NCBI GenBank assembly: GCA_902624425.1
Contig: CACNXK010000004.1
Coordinates: 32,547 to 96,546 of the forward strand
DNA length: 64,000 nucleotides
Source: an uncultured SAR86 cluster bacterium
GTDB taxonomy: Bacteria; Pseudomonadota; Gammaproteobacteria; Magnimaribacterales; D2472
Reading direction: 5' to 3'
Below are positions 25,287-34,143 of the stretch, piece by piece (within the stretch, counting starts at the first letter, position 1; each line of letters starts with the position of its first letter). Under the pieces are notes generated by a model. That model ran no database searches, had not been told where the DNA came from, and saw only the letters and a program-made list of their open reading frames with translations. Both the position numbers and the translations under genes were made by a program.

Positions 25287-25338
25287 ACTCCTAAAAATTT
25301 AAAATTTAAAAATCAAAAAATTAAATTTTTGGTGGAGC
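25287..25338 (-). promoter_or_regulatory. mRNA hairpin able to sequester the receptor's Shine-Dalgarno (AGGAG) using the leader's Ala-Pro-Pro-Lys-Ile-stop codons
   Basis: mRNA reads GCUCC-ACC-AAAAAUUUAA [18 nt] UUAAAUUUUU-A-GGAGU AAAC AUG. Confidence 0.65.
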
Positions 25339-25605
25339 TCTCTGATGAAAATTTTTAGATATAGATTGGTCGGTTAGACTTAATAGTTCTGAGTCTTCAA
25401 TATCAAAATCTATAAAAGTTATATTTGTCTTAGAATTTACTAAGTTTTGTGATTGATTTTCTTCGCAATAATCGCAATCGATTTCAATAGCTTCATCATG
25501 TATTTCAAAAGCTTCCGCAATATGTTGTATTTCATGAGAAGTAGCTAGGGCAAGAAATAAAAGCCCAAGCAAAAAAGGTGTTTTATTTTTAAAATCAGTG
25601 ATCAT
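25321..25605 (-). CDS. putative metal-sensing arrest/leader peptide (DUF2946/CruR-like: TM + His/CxxC + RAPP)
   Basis: PFLLGLLFLALATS hydrophobic stretch, H24xxxH28, H36, C44DYC47, R89APP92; ends 38 nt before the receptor ATG. Confidence 0.8.
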   Translation of the reverse strand: MITDFKNKTPFLLGLLFLALATSHEIQHIAEAFEIHDEAIEIDCDYCEENQSQNLVNSKTNITFIDFDIEDSELLSLTDQSISKNFHQRAPPKI

Positions 25606-26653
25606 GTTTGAGACATACTAAACCATTAATAGAACCACTCGCAAGGTCTTTAATAGTTTTATCAGCTTCTGAAACATTTCTTGCTTCAACAGGAACGGGA
25701 TCAATCTTTCCAGACTTAACTAAATCCATCAGCTCACCCATCTCAGCTAAGCTTCCAACATATGTTCCAGTTAGCGTTCTTGCGGTTAATGTAACCAGAG
25801 GTAATTGAAGAGTAGTTTGGCCGCCAAGGAGTCCTACTAATACGTAAGTGCCGCCTCTTACTAGACCAAAAAGACCATAAGCAAATTCAAAAGCTGGAGC
25901 TGCTCCAACAAAATCAATAACGCTTTTAGCTCCTCCGCCAGTGATTTCAAATATCTTCATTGCAGCATCTTCATCATTAGAGTTTATGGCTGCTGAGGCT
26001 CCTGCTTCTTTCGCAATAGCCAGCTTCTCATCATCGATATCAACAACAATTGGATTAATATCATAAACAGCTTTTAATATTTTCAATGACAATAAACCCA
26101 TCCCTCCAGCGCCAACAACCACAACTGATTTTTGACCCTCAACAAGATTAGCTTTTTTTATAGCGCTGTAAGCAGTTAATCCTCTACAAGCATAACTTCC
26201 TGCAAGATTATCGTGAGTATCTCCAGCATCAAAAAGATATTTTTTATCAGGTACCAAGACATATTCACCATATCCTCCATCTCTTGTGATACCGATATTC
26301 CTGTTTGTTGTAATTCCACAATAATGCTCGTTGCCAATATGACAAAGTTCACAATCACTGCATCCAATCCATGGGTATACTACGTATTTTTTGCCGATCT
26401 CAACATCGCTAACACTTTCGCCAAGCTCAACAACTTCTCCAAAGACTTCATGACCCATAGCAAGATCTTTGGCAGGAGTAGGTAGTTTGGCACCACCACC
26501 TAAATCAAAGAAACCCTCATATATATGAACATCCGAATGACAGACTCCACATGAAACTGTTTTAACAAGAATTTCTTCACCCACTGGAATAGGCTTTTCA
26601 ATTTCAACCTGCTTTATAGGTTTACCATTCTCTATGATTTTGTATGACTTCAT
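25595..26653 (-). CDS. zinc-dependent alcohol dehydrogenase (MDR family)
   Basis: CGVCHSD, GHEVFG, structural Zn site CSDCELC...C, GAGGMG. Confidence 0.93.
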   Translation of the reverse strand: MKSYKIIENGKPIKQVEIEKPIPVGEEILVKTVSCGVCHSDVHIYEGFFDLGGGAKLPTPAKDLAMGHEVFGEVVELGESVSDVEIGKKYVVYPWIGCSDCELCHIGNEHYCGITTNRNIGITRDGGYGEYVLVPDKKYLFDAGDTHDNLAGSYACRGLTAYSAIKKANLVEGQKSVVVVGAGGMGLLSLKILKAVYDINPIVVDIDDEKLAIAKEAGASAAINSNDEDAAMKIFEITGGGAKSVIDFVGAAPAFEFAYGLFGLVRGGTYVLVGLLGGQTTLQLPLVTLTARTLTGTYVGSLAEMGELMDLVKSGKIDPVPVEARNVSEADKTIKDLASGSINGLVCLKHDH

Positions 26654-26656
26654 GAT

Positions 26657-26896
26657 TTATTTTGAAACTTTGTATTTAATTATTGTACTATTTTTTATAT
26701 CTTCCCATCGCTTTTTTTCGGTTAGATAGCACAAGATTGAATCAGAATCTTCACTTTGATTAAAGGAGTACCCCTCTGGTATTAAGTTTTTATTAAGAGA
26801 GCATTTTTCAGTAATTGTCCGTCCGCTTTTTAGAGACTTGAAGGTAATTTCAACTTCTGCAGATTCTAATAGTTTTTTAAGATCTTTTATCTCCAT
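26657..26896 (-). CDS. small hypothetical protein, possible SH3/Sm-like beta-barrel (WYL_2-like)
   Basis: Likely start MEIKDLKKLL; pattern VEITFKSLKSGR..KCSL..IP...ILCY..EKKRWEDI. Confidence 0.6.
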   Translation of the reverse strand: MEIKDLKKLLESAEVEITFKSLKSGRTITEKCSLNKNLIPEGYSFNQSEDSDSILCYLTEKKRWEDIKNSTIIKYKVSK

Positions 26897-26971
26897 TTGG
26901 TTGCATTCTAACTTAGTGATGGAAAGTTTTGTTAAGTTTATTTTCAAATATTATTGGATTAAGATAGAAAC

Positions 26972-28345
26972 ATGAAAAAGCTTTTTCTTGTTGTCTTTTC
27001 CTTAACACTTATCATAAATTCTTTTCCAGCTTTTGAATCAACATATAAACCTCTTGAATCCGAAAAGGTACTCTTTATTAATGGGAATATTCTTGATGGA
27101 GAGGGTAACGAATTCCTTAATACTGACCTTTTTATAAACGATGGAAAAATAGTTGCTATTGGACAAGGCATAAGCGTAGATGATGAAGATGTAAAAATTA
27201 TAAATGCAAAAAATAAATGGATAACACCAGGAATTATAGATATTCATTCTCATATGGGGGTATATCCAGCTCCAAGTGTAAGAACAAGTAGTGATGGTAA
27301 CGAAGCAACTAGTCCTGTTACTGCAGAGGTTTGGGCAGAGCATTCTATGTGGGTTCAAGATCCTCAATATTCTCTTGCACTAAAGGGAGGAGTGACAACA
27401 TTCCATGTTCTTCCAGGTTCAGCTAACCTAATTGGTGGAAGAGGCGTTACCGTTAAAAACCTGCAACGCAATACCATCCAATCAATGAAATATCCAAATG
27501 CTAAGCATTCTTTAAAGATGGCATGCGGCGAAAATCCAAAAAGGGTTTATGGAAATAGGGGACAAGCACCCTCTACTCGAATGGGTAATTTTGCAGGTTA
27601 TCGAAAAGCTTGGATTGAAGCTGAAAATTATTTAGATAAGTTAGAGGCATATGATTCTAAAACTGATGAAGATAAGATGATCGAATCTCCACCTAAAAGA
27701 GATCTAAGACTTGATACGCTCAGTGATGTTCTTAAAGATGAGATACTTGTTCATATTCATTGTTATCGAGCAGAAGAGATGGCTTTAATGATCGATATCG
27801 CAAAAGAATTTAATTATAAGATTACTGCTTTTCATCATGGTGTTGAAGCATATAAGATTGCTGATCTGTTAGCAGATAATGGAATTTGTGGAGCGCTTTG
27901 GGCAGATTGGTGGGGATTTAAACACGAAGCCTATGACATGGTCCAAGCAAATATCGCAATAGTTGATCAAGCTCGAGGTGGAAAGGGTTGTGCAATTGTT
28001 CACTCAGATGATGAAAGAGGCATTCAAAGACTTAATCAGGAGGCAGCAAAAGCCAGAGCAGCTGGTAATAAAGCGGGATACGATATTTCAAAGGCCAGAG
28101 CCATAAACTGGATAACCAGTAATCCTGCAAAAGCAGCTGGAATTTATTCTGAAACTGGTTCTTTAGTTGTTGGAAAAAATGCTGACGTTGTTCTTTGGTC
28201 TGGGGATCCATTCAGCGTTTATTCACTTGCCGAACAGGTATTTATTGATGGTGCTCTAGCTTTTAATCGCAATACGGGATTTGGACCCGTTTCAGATTTT
28301 GATGTTGGCATAGTAGATCCAAGAGAGGATAGGGTGAATGAATAA
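26972..28345 (+). CDS. secreted amidohydrolase (metal ligands intact)
   Basis: Signal peptide, ITPGIIDIHSH, KMACGENPK, HIHCY, HHGVE, HSD. Confidence 0.9.
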   Translation: MKKLFLVVFSLTLIINSFPAFESTYKPLESEKVLFINGNILDGEGNEFLNTDLFINDGKIVAIGQGISVDDEDVKIINAKNKWITPGIIDIHSHMGVYPAPSVRTSSDGNEATSPVTAEVWAEHSMWVQDPQYSLALKGGVTTFHVLPGSANLIGGRGVTVKNLQRNTIQSMKYPNAKHSLKMACGENPKRVYGNRGQAPSTRMGNFAGYRKAWIEAENYLDKLEAYDSKTDEDKMIESPPKRDLRLDTLSDVLKDEILVHIHCYRAEEMALMIDIAKEFNYKITAFHHGVEAYKIADLLADNGICGALWADWWGFKHEAYDMVQANIAIVDQARGGKGCAIVHSDDERGIQRLNQEAAKARAAGNKAGYDISKARAINWITSNPAKAAGIYSETGSLVVGKNADVVLWSGDPFSVYSLAEQVFIDGALAFNRNTGFGPVSDFDVGIVDPREDRVNE

Positions 28346-29597
28346 AGTAATATTCTTCTTTGCATTGAGTTTGATATCAATTCATGCCTATTCCCAAACT
28401 ACTGTAATTAGCGGTGGAGAAATTCATACAGGGCTCAATGAAGAACCGTTCGTTGGGGACATTCTAATTGAGGGAGATACTATTTTAGAAGTATCAAGGA
28501 ATGCTCTCAAAGGCGACTTAATTATTGATGCAACGAATTCAATAATTACTCCTGGCGTAATAGCGCCAGATACTCAAATTGGGATTTTAGAAATAGGCGC
28601 ATTAAGTGAAACTAGAGATGGTGATAGCAACATGTATAGTATGGGCTTTAGTGTTTATGATGCTATTAATCCAAACTCAACTTTAATTCCATGGAATAGG
28701 TCAAATGGAGTTACTTCTGCAATCACTCTTCCTGATTTTAATTGGGATCCTTTAAGTGGAATGGCTTCTTATTTTCTTCTTGATGGAAGTTTGAGAGTAA
28801 ATGGCATTCCGGATATTGCTCTAACAGGAGAGATAGGAGCAATTAGTTCAGGCTCTCGAGCAGAAAGCCTTATATTATTAAAGGATCTTTTAGAGTTCGC
28901 ATCAAATCTAAGTGAGAAAGATATTTCATCCTCAATGAAAATTTCGGAGGCCATGGAGAGTTTTGAAGTTGCAGAATTAATGGAACTACAACCAAGAGAT
29001 GTAATTGCGCTATACAACCTTCTAAATAAAAAATTACCTCTAATAATTAATGTAAATAGAGCCTCAGATATTCTTAAGTTGATAGATATCAAAAAACTCT
29101 ATGGGCTCAACTTAATCTTAATGAGCGCTCAAGAAGCAGAGCTTGTTAAAAATGAGATTGCCAAAAATAGTATTCCAGTAATAATAAATCCTTTTGATAA
29201 TATTCCTGACTCTTTTGATGAACTTGCATCAAGTATTCGCATAGCTGCATCTCTTGAAGAAGCTGGGATTAAAGTGATGTTTAGTGAATCCAGAACTCAT
29301 AACTATCATTTAATAAGACAAGGTGCAGGAAATGCTGTTGCTAATGGAATGTCATACACAGGAGCAATAATGGCTCTTACATCTAACGTTGCAAAAAGTT
29401 TTAATATTCCTGACAGGGGCATATTACAAAAAGGTATGAAAGCCGATATTGTAATTTGGGAAGATGATCCGCTAGAGCCCTCAACTTTTCCAGAAAAGGT
29501 TTTTATTAATGGAAATGATATGGATCTTACAACGAGGTCATCTCGACTTACGAAGAGATATACAGACAAAAGAGATTTACCTAATACTTATAAATAA
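28338..29597 (+). CDS. secreted amidohydrolase-like protein with degenerate metal ligands
   Basis: Signal peptide, ITPGVIAPDTQIG in place of HxH, GMKADIVIW..DPLE; GTG or ATG start overlapping the upstream gene. Confidence 0.85.
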   Translation: MNKVIFFFALSLISIHAYSQTTVISGGEIHTGLNEEPFVGDILIEGDTILEVSRNALKGDLIIDATNSIITPGVIAPDTQIGILEIGALSETRDGDSNMYSMGFSVYDAINPNSTLIPWNRSNGVTSAITLPDFNWDPLSGMASYFLLDGSLRVNGIPDIALTGEIGAISSGSRAESLILLKDLLEFASNLSEKDISSSMKISEAMESFEVAELMELQPRDVIALYNLLNKKLPLIINVNRASDILKLIDIKKLYGLNLILMSAQEAELVKNEIAKNSIPVIINPFDNIPDSFDELASSIRIAASLEEAGIKVMFSESRTHNYHLIRQGAGNAVANGMSYTGAIMALTSNVAKSFNIPDRGILQKGMKADIVIWEDDPLEPSTFPEKVFINGNDMDLTTRSSRLTKRYTDKRDLPNTYK

Positions 29598-29655
29598 TTA
29601 TATTTGTAAGTATTTATGTTAAATTAAAAAACATATTTAAACAGGAGAAATAAAT

Positions 29656-30576
29656 ATGACGTTTGGTAATGGTGTTTTAGTTTTTTTAGCTATCTTAATA
29701 ATATATGTTGTTTATCTGGGAATAAAAATTGTTCCTCAGTCAAAAGTTTTTGTAATTGAAAGGTTCGGTAAGTTTACAAGGATACTCGAATCAGGCTTAT
29801 CAATTATTATCCCTTTTGTTGATAGAGTTGCTTTCAGAGTTGATATTCTCGAGAGACAGTTACCACCATTCAAGATGTCTGTTATTACTGAGGATAATGT
29901 TGAAGTAGAGCTTGTCTCAACTGTTTTTTTTAGAGTCCTAGATGCGGCGAAATCAGTCTATAGAATTAGAAATATCGATCTTGCAATCGAAAATACAGCA
30001 ATATCTATAATTCGTTCAGCTGCTGGAAAGCTTGAGCTCGATGATCTGCAGTCTAGTAGAGAAGCAATGAATCAGGAAATTGCGGCTCGATTGAGTAAAG
30101 CAGCAGAAGTTTGGGGAGTTGAGGTAACAAGAACGGAAATTTTAGATGTTTTAGTTGATGAAAAGACTAAGGAATCCCAAAGGCAGCAACTAAATGCAGA
30201 AAGAGAGAGAAGAGCTACAATTGCTAAAGCAGAGGGTGATAAAAGAAGTGTTGAGTTGAAAGCAGATGCAGAACTTTACGAAGCTCAAAAGCAAGCTGAA
30301 GCTGTAAAGGTGCAAGCTGATGCTGATGCTTATGCAGTCAAAATAACAGCGGAGGCAGATGCAGAACAAACAAGATTGATAGCCGAAGCTATTAAAAATG
30401 ATGGGCAGCCTGCCATTAATTATGAAATTATGAAGCGACAAGTAGATGGTTTGGCTGAAGTAGCTGCCTCAAATCAAACAAAAACACTTGTTGTTCCTAC
30501 TGATATTACTAAGGCTCTTGGAACACTTGAATTATTTTTAGATAGTCTAGATAAAGGTAAAACAAATGATGCTTGA
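29656..30576 (+). CDS. SPFH/band-7 (QmcA-like) membrane protein
   Basis: N-terminal TM, ERFGKF, IIPFVDRV, WGVEVTRTEI, AERERRA..AEG coiled coil; AGGAG SD. Confidence 0.92.
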   Translation: MTFGNGVLVFLAILIIYVVYLGIKIVPQSKVFVIERFGKFTRILESGLSIIIPFVDRVAFRVDILERQLPPFKMSVITEDNVEVELVSTVFFRVLDAAKSVYRIRNIDLAIENTAISIIRSAAGKLELDDLQSSREAMNQEIAARLSKAAEVWGVEVTRTEILDVLVDEKTKESQRQQLNAERERRATIAKAEGDKRSVELKADAELYEAQKQAEAVKVQADADAYAVKITAEADAEQTRLIAEAIKNDGQPAINYEIMKRQVDGLAEVAASNQTKTLVVPTDITKALGTLELFLDSLDKGKTNDA

Positions 30577-30856
30577 TATTCTCTTATACTCCGGAAATAT
30601 TTGGTTAATGATTGGATTATTACTCGCAATCTTAGAATTGACTAACGGTACCCTTATATTTTTTCTTCCTACTGGAGTAAGCGGACTCTTAACAGGCCTC
30701 ATTCTAAAACTTCAGGAAAGTGGATCTTTACCAATTCTTGTGGACAGCTGGTCCGGAGCTTTAACTCTCTGGGCAATATTATCTCTAATACTTTCGCTGG
30801 CTTTGAACTTCATTGTGAAGCGAAAAGAGACTTCAGAAGACATAAATGATTACTAA
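30566..30856 (+). CDS. NfeD/YbbJ-like membrane protein, short form
   Basis: WLMIGLLLAILEL...FFLPTG; overlaps the SPFH gene end. Confidence 0.7.
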   Translation: MMLDILLYSGNIWLMIGLLLAILELTNGTLIFFLPTGVSGLLTGLILKLQESGSLPILVDSWSGALTLWAILSLILSLALNFIVKRKETSEDINDY

Positions 30857-30862
30857 GTTAGA

Positions 30863-32389
30863 ATGAGAAAAATCTCTTTTCTTTTAGCATTATTTTCTGT
30901 CAGCTTCCACGCAAGCTCAGAGATTAAGCAACTAAATTTTCTTTACACCAATGACTTACATGCTCACTTGCAACCACACATTGAGCAATGGATAAGTAAA
31001 ACTAGACCAGTTGGAGGATTCGCAAACTTAGCCACTCTAATAAAGGAGGAAAAATCAACAAATCCTAATACTTTATATATTGATGCAGGCGATTATTTTT
31101 CCGGACCATATATAAGTACTCTTACGGAAGGAGAAGCTGTCATAGATACTATGAACTTACTTGGAGTTGATGCAGCATGCATTGGTAATCATGAATTTGA
31201 TCATGGGTGGGAAAGCATGCTCGATAAACTAGAAATGGCAACCTTTCCCATAGTGAATGGAAATATTTTCTATGAGGGAACTGATGAACTCATTTGGGAT
31301 AACCCTTATGTAATTCTTGAAAGCAATGGGTTAAAGATAGGAGTAATTGGACTACACGGAAAATTCGCATTTTATGATACAACGAATTTTAAGATGGTCG
31401 ATGGATTAGAAGCTCGCGATGAAGAATATTATTTAAAAAAATATATTAAAGAACTTGAGCCCATTACTGATCTCATAGTTCTCAGCGTTCATGAGGGAGT
31501 GCCAGGAAGGCAGTCAACGAAAGGTCTATCGGATGTAGAAAGGACACTCAGTAAGGATATTGATCTCGCTAAGAACGTACCAGGTGTGGATATAATGATC
31601 ACTGGACATGCTCATAAAGGCACTCCTGATGCACTTCTCTCAAACGAAACAATTATTGTTTCCACTAACGCTTACTCAATTGAATTAGGCAAGCTTGTGA
31701 TTACTTTTGATACTGAACAAAAAAAGATCATTGATTATTCAAATGAGCTAATAACAATCTTCGATGATGAAATAGAAGATGATCCGGAGATGTCAAAAGC
31801 AATAAACTATTGGGAGAGTCAAGTCCAAAAGATTGCGCTCAAGGAAGTTTCATTTACCACAGATAAGATGGTCAGAGCATATGGCGAGGAATCAAATATG
31901 GGGAATTTATTTGCTGATGCTGCTGAAGAATATGATGCAAAGATTGATTTTGCAGTTATTAACAGTGGTGCACTTAGACAAGACTTAGAGCCAGGCGTTC
32001 TAACTAAGGGTGATTTAATATCAGCTTTTCCCTTTCCAAACACATTAGTTATGACAAAAATTTCTGGAGCACAAATAGAAGGTCTTTTTGATCATGCTGC
32101 AGGAATGACAAATGGAGTTTTACAAGTTTCTAAAAGTTTTAAATATGTCATTGATTCGAGTGGTGAAATTAGAGAATTGAGTCTTAATGGGAAATCAATT
32201 GAAAGAGACAAAACTTATTGGGTAGCTTCAACAAATTTTGTAACACTTGGTGGGGATGGATATTGGGAGTTCACAGAATCAATAGAATATGAAGACACAA
32301 ATATATTCATAGTTGATGTTGTGGAGGAATATTTGAAAGATAAACCAAGATATACTCCAATTTATGAAGAAAGGATTGTCATAGAGTGA
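30863..32389 (+). CDS. periplasmic 5'-nucleotidase / UDP-sugar hydrolase family
   Basis: Signal peptide, TNDLHAH, DAGD, GNHEFD, GHAH, NSGALR, FPFPN. Confidence 0.92.
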   Translation: MRKISFLLALFSVSFHASSEIKQLNFLYTNDLHAHLQPHIEQWISKTRPVGGFANLATLIKEEKSTNPNTLYIDAGDYFSGPYISTLTEGEAVIDTMNLLGVDAACIGNHEFDHGWESMLDKLEMATFPIVNGNIFYEGTDELIWDNPYVILESNGLKIGVIGLHGKFAFYDTTNFKMVDGLEARDEEYYLKKYIKELEPITDLIVLSVHEGVPGRQSTKGLSDVERTLSKDIDLAKNVPGVDIMITGHAHKGTPDALLSNETIIVSTNAYSIELGKLVITFDTEQKKIIDYSNELITIFDDEIEDDPEMSKAINYWESQVQKIALKEVSFTTDKMVRAYGEESNMGNLFADAAEEYDAKIDFAVINSGALRQDLEPGVLTKGDLISAFPFPNTLVMTKISGAQIEGLFDHAAGMTNGVLQVSKSFKYVIDSSGEIRELSLNGKSIERDKTYWVASTNFVTLGGDGYWEFTESIEYEDTNIFIVDVVEEYLKDKPRYTPIYEERIVIE

Positions 32390-32466
<77 letters not shown>

Positions 32467-32488
32467 AAAGATTGCTATTATATACAAA

Positions 32489-33046
32489 TTAATTATTTGG
32501 GAAAGAGCAACCAGTTCCGCCAAGTCCGCAGTAACCATTCGGATTCTTTGCTAGATATTGTTGATGATATTCTTCAGCTAAAAAGTAATTCTTCATTATT
32601 TTTATTTCAGTAGTGATAGGACCATAACCATTTAGCTCGAGTTCATCTTGATAAGTTTCTAAAGACAATAGACATTCGTTTTTATGGAGTTCTGAATTTA
32701 CAAAGATAACTGATCGATATTGTGACCCAATGTCATTGCCTTGTCTCATTCCTTGAGTGGGGTCATGACATTCCCAAAAAACTTTCAATAGATTCGATAA
32801 TGAAATAACTTCTGGATTAAATATAACTTTTACAACTTCTGCATGATCAGTTGTCCCCGTGCAAACAATTTCATAAGAGGGATTTTCCAGTTCACCACCA
32901 GAATATCCAACCGATGTTAACCAAACCCCCTCCAGTTGCCAAAATTTCTTTTCTACACCCCAAAAACAACCGGCTCCAAAAATAATCGACTCAAAATTTT
33001 GAGGAATTTCACTTTCAAGATCTAAATCTGATAAATAATGGTTCAT
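32489..33046 (-). CDS. msrA: peptide-methionine (S)-S-oxide reductase
   Basis: GAGCFWGVE, HDPTQGMRQGNDIGSQYRS, AEEYHQQYL. Confidence 0.97.
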   Translation of the reverse strand: MNHYLSDLDLESEIPQNFESIIFGAGCFWGVEKKFWQLEGVWLTSVGYSGGELENPSYEIVCTGTTDHAEVVKVIFNPEVISLSNLLKVFWECHDPTQGMRQGNDIGSQYRSVIFVNSELHKNECLLSLETYQDELELNGYGPITTEIKIMKNYFLAEEYHQQYLAKNPNGYCGLGGTGCSFPNN

Positions 33047-33048
33047 TT

Positions 33049-33792
33049 TTATTTATTATAAATTCCTTTTATTGATACTTCACCAGAAGAAAAAGAAATA
33101 ACTTCATCTTTTTCATTTTGAAGAAGAAGCTCACCTAAATCATTCACTCCTAGATATTTTCCTTTAATTATTTCTGCATCCTTAGAAACGGAAATCTCAG
33201 TATCATTATGAATGCAAGATTGCTCCCAAAGAATTTTCCAATCATGAAGACCATTATTAAAAAATGTCTCAAACCTTACTAAAATCTTATTTATTATTGT
33301 ATCTCTTAATTTTTTGCCATTAAGATCTTTTAAATCAGTCCACCAAGACTCTTTTTTATCTAATTCAAGATTTATTCCAATGCCTACTATAGTTTTTGTA
33401 TAGTTAGCAAAAATTTCTTTTTCGACCAAAATCCCACCTATTTTCTTATTTTTAAACACAAGATCATTTGGCCACTTGAGCTTTATTAAACTTTTATTAA
33501 ACACTTCATGAAGTGCATCTTTTACGATGATGCCAGTTGCAATACTTATAGGAACGCTAAAATCTTTATCAGCAAAGGCTATAGAGAGAGAAATATTACC
33601 TTCCGGACTGTGCCATTTTTTACCTTTTCGACCTTTTCCTTTAGTTTGTTTGTCTGCGGTAATAACTAAAAAATCTTTGTTAGAGCTTATTCTCTTGCAT
33701 TCATCATTGGTAGAATCGATTATTTGATGAGTTTTTAGCTCAAAACTATCTAAATTAAGGCCTTTTAAGATAATTTGCTCATTAAATTGCAT
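33049..33792 (-). CDS. birA: biotin-protein ligase without N-terminal HTH
   Basis: DSTND, QTKGKGRKGKKW, KWPND, KIGGILVE, GIGIN. Confidence 0.93.
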   Translation of the reverse strand: MQFNEQIILKGLNLDSFELKTHQIIDSTNDECKRISSNKDFLVITADKQTKGKGRKGKKWHSPEGNISLSIAFADKDFSVPISIATGIIVKDALHEVFNKSLIKLKWPNDLVFKNKKIGGILVEKEIFANYTKTIVGIGINLELDKKESWWTDLKDLNGKKLRDTIINKILVRFETFFNNGLHDWKILWEQSCIHNDTEISVSKDAEIIKGKYLGVNDLGELLLQNEKDEVISFSSGEVSIKGIYNK

Positions 33793-33851
33793 GAAAATAA
33801 AAAATTAGTTGACTTAATGCTATTCTAGATCAAAAATACACACCTTTAAAT

Positions 33852-33937
<86 letters not shown>

Positions 33938-33977
33938 TTAACTCACTTTTTTTGTTATATTTTTTGTTAAAAAAAGG

Positions 33978-34013
33978 TTGAGTTTATCAACTTTTAGAGG
34001 GATAATACGCCAC
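33978..34013 (+). promoter_or_regulatory. sigma70-like promoter for tRNA-Thr/tuf
   Basis: TTGAGT-17nt-GATAAT followed by the GC-rich ACGCCAC. Confidence 0.55.
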
Positions 34014-34038
34014 CTTAAATTTTGGAACTGTAATTCGG

Positions 34039-34113
<75 letters not shown>

Positions 34114-34143
34114 TTATTGGCAATTTTTTTAGAGAGGCAAAAA

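Noticed and set aside
25606-26971. Zur or Fur operator for the His-rich receptor operon
   Set aside because: No TGTTAT..ATAACA or GATAAT-type palindrome was found by eye in the 26897-26971 spacer or near the leader; a PWM scan is needed to exclude weak sites
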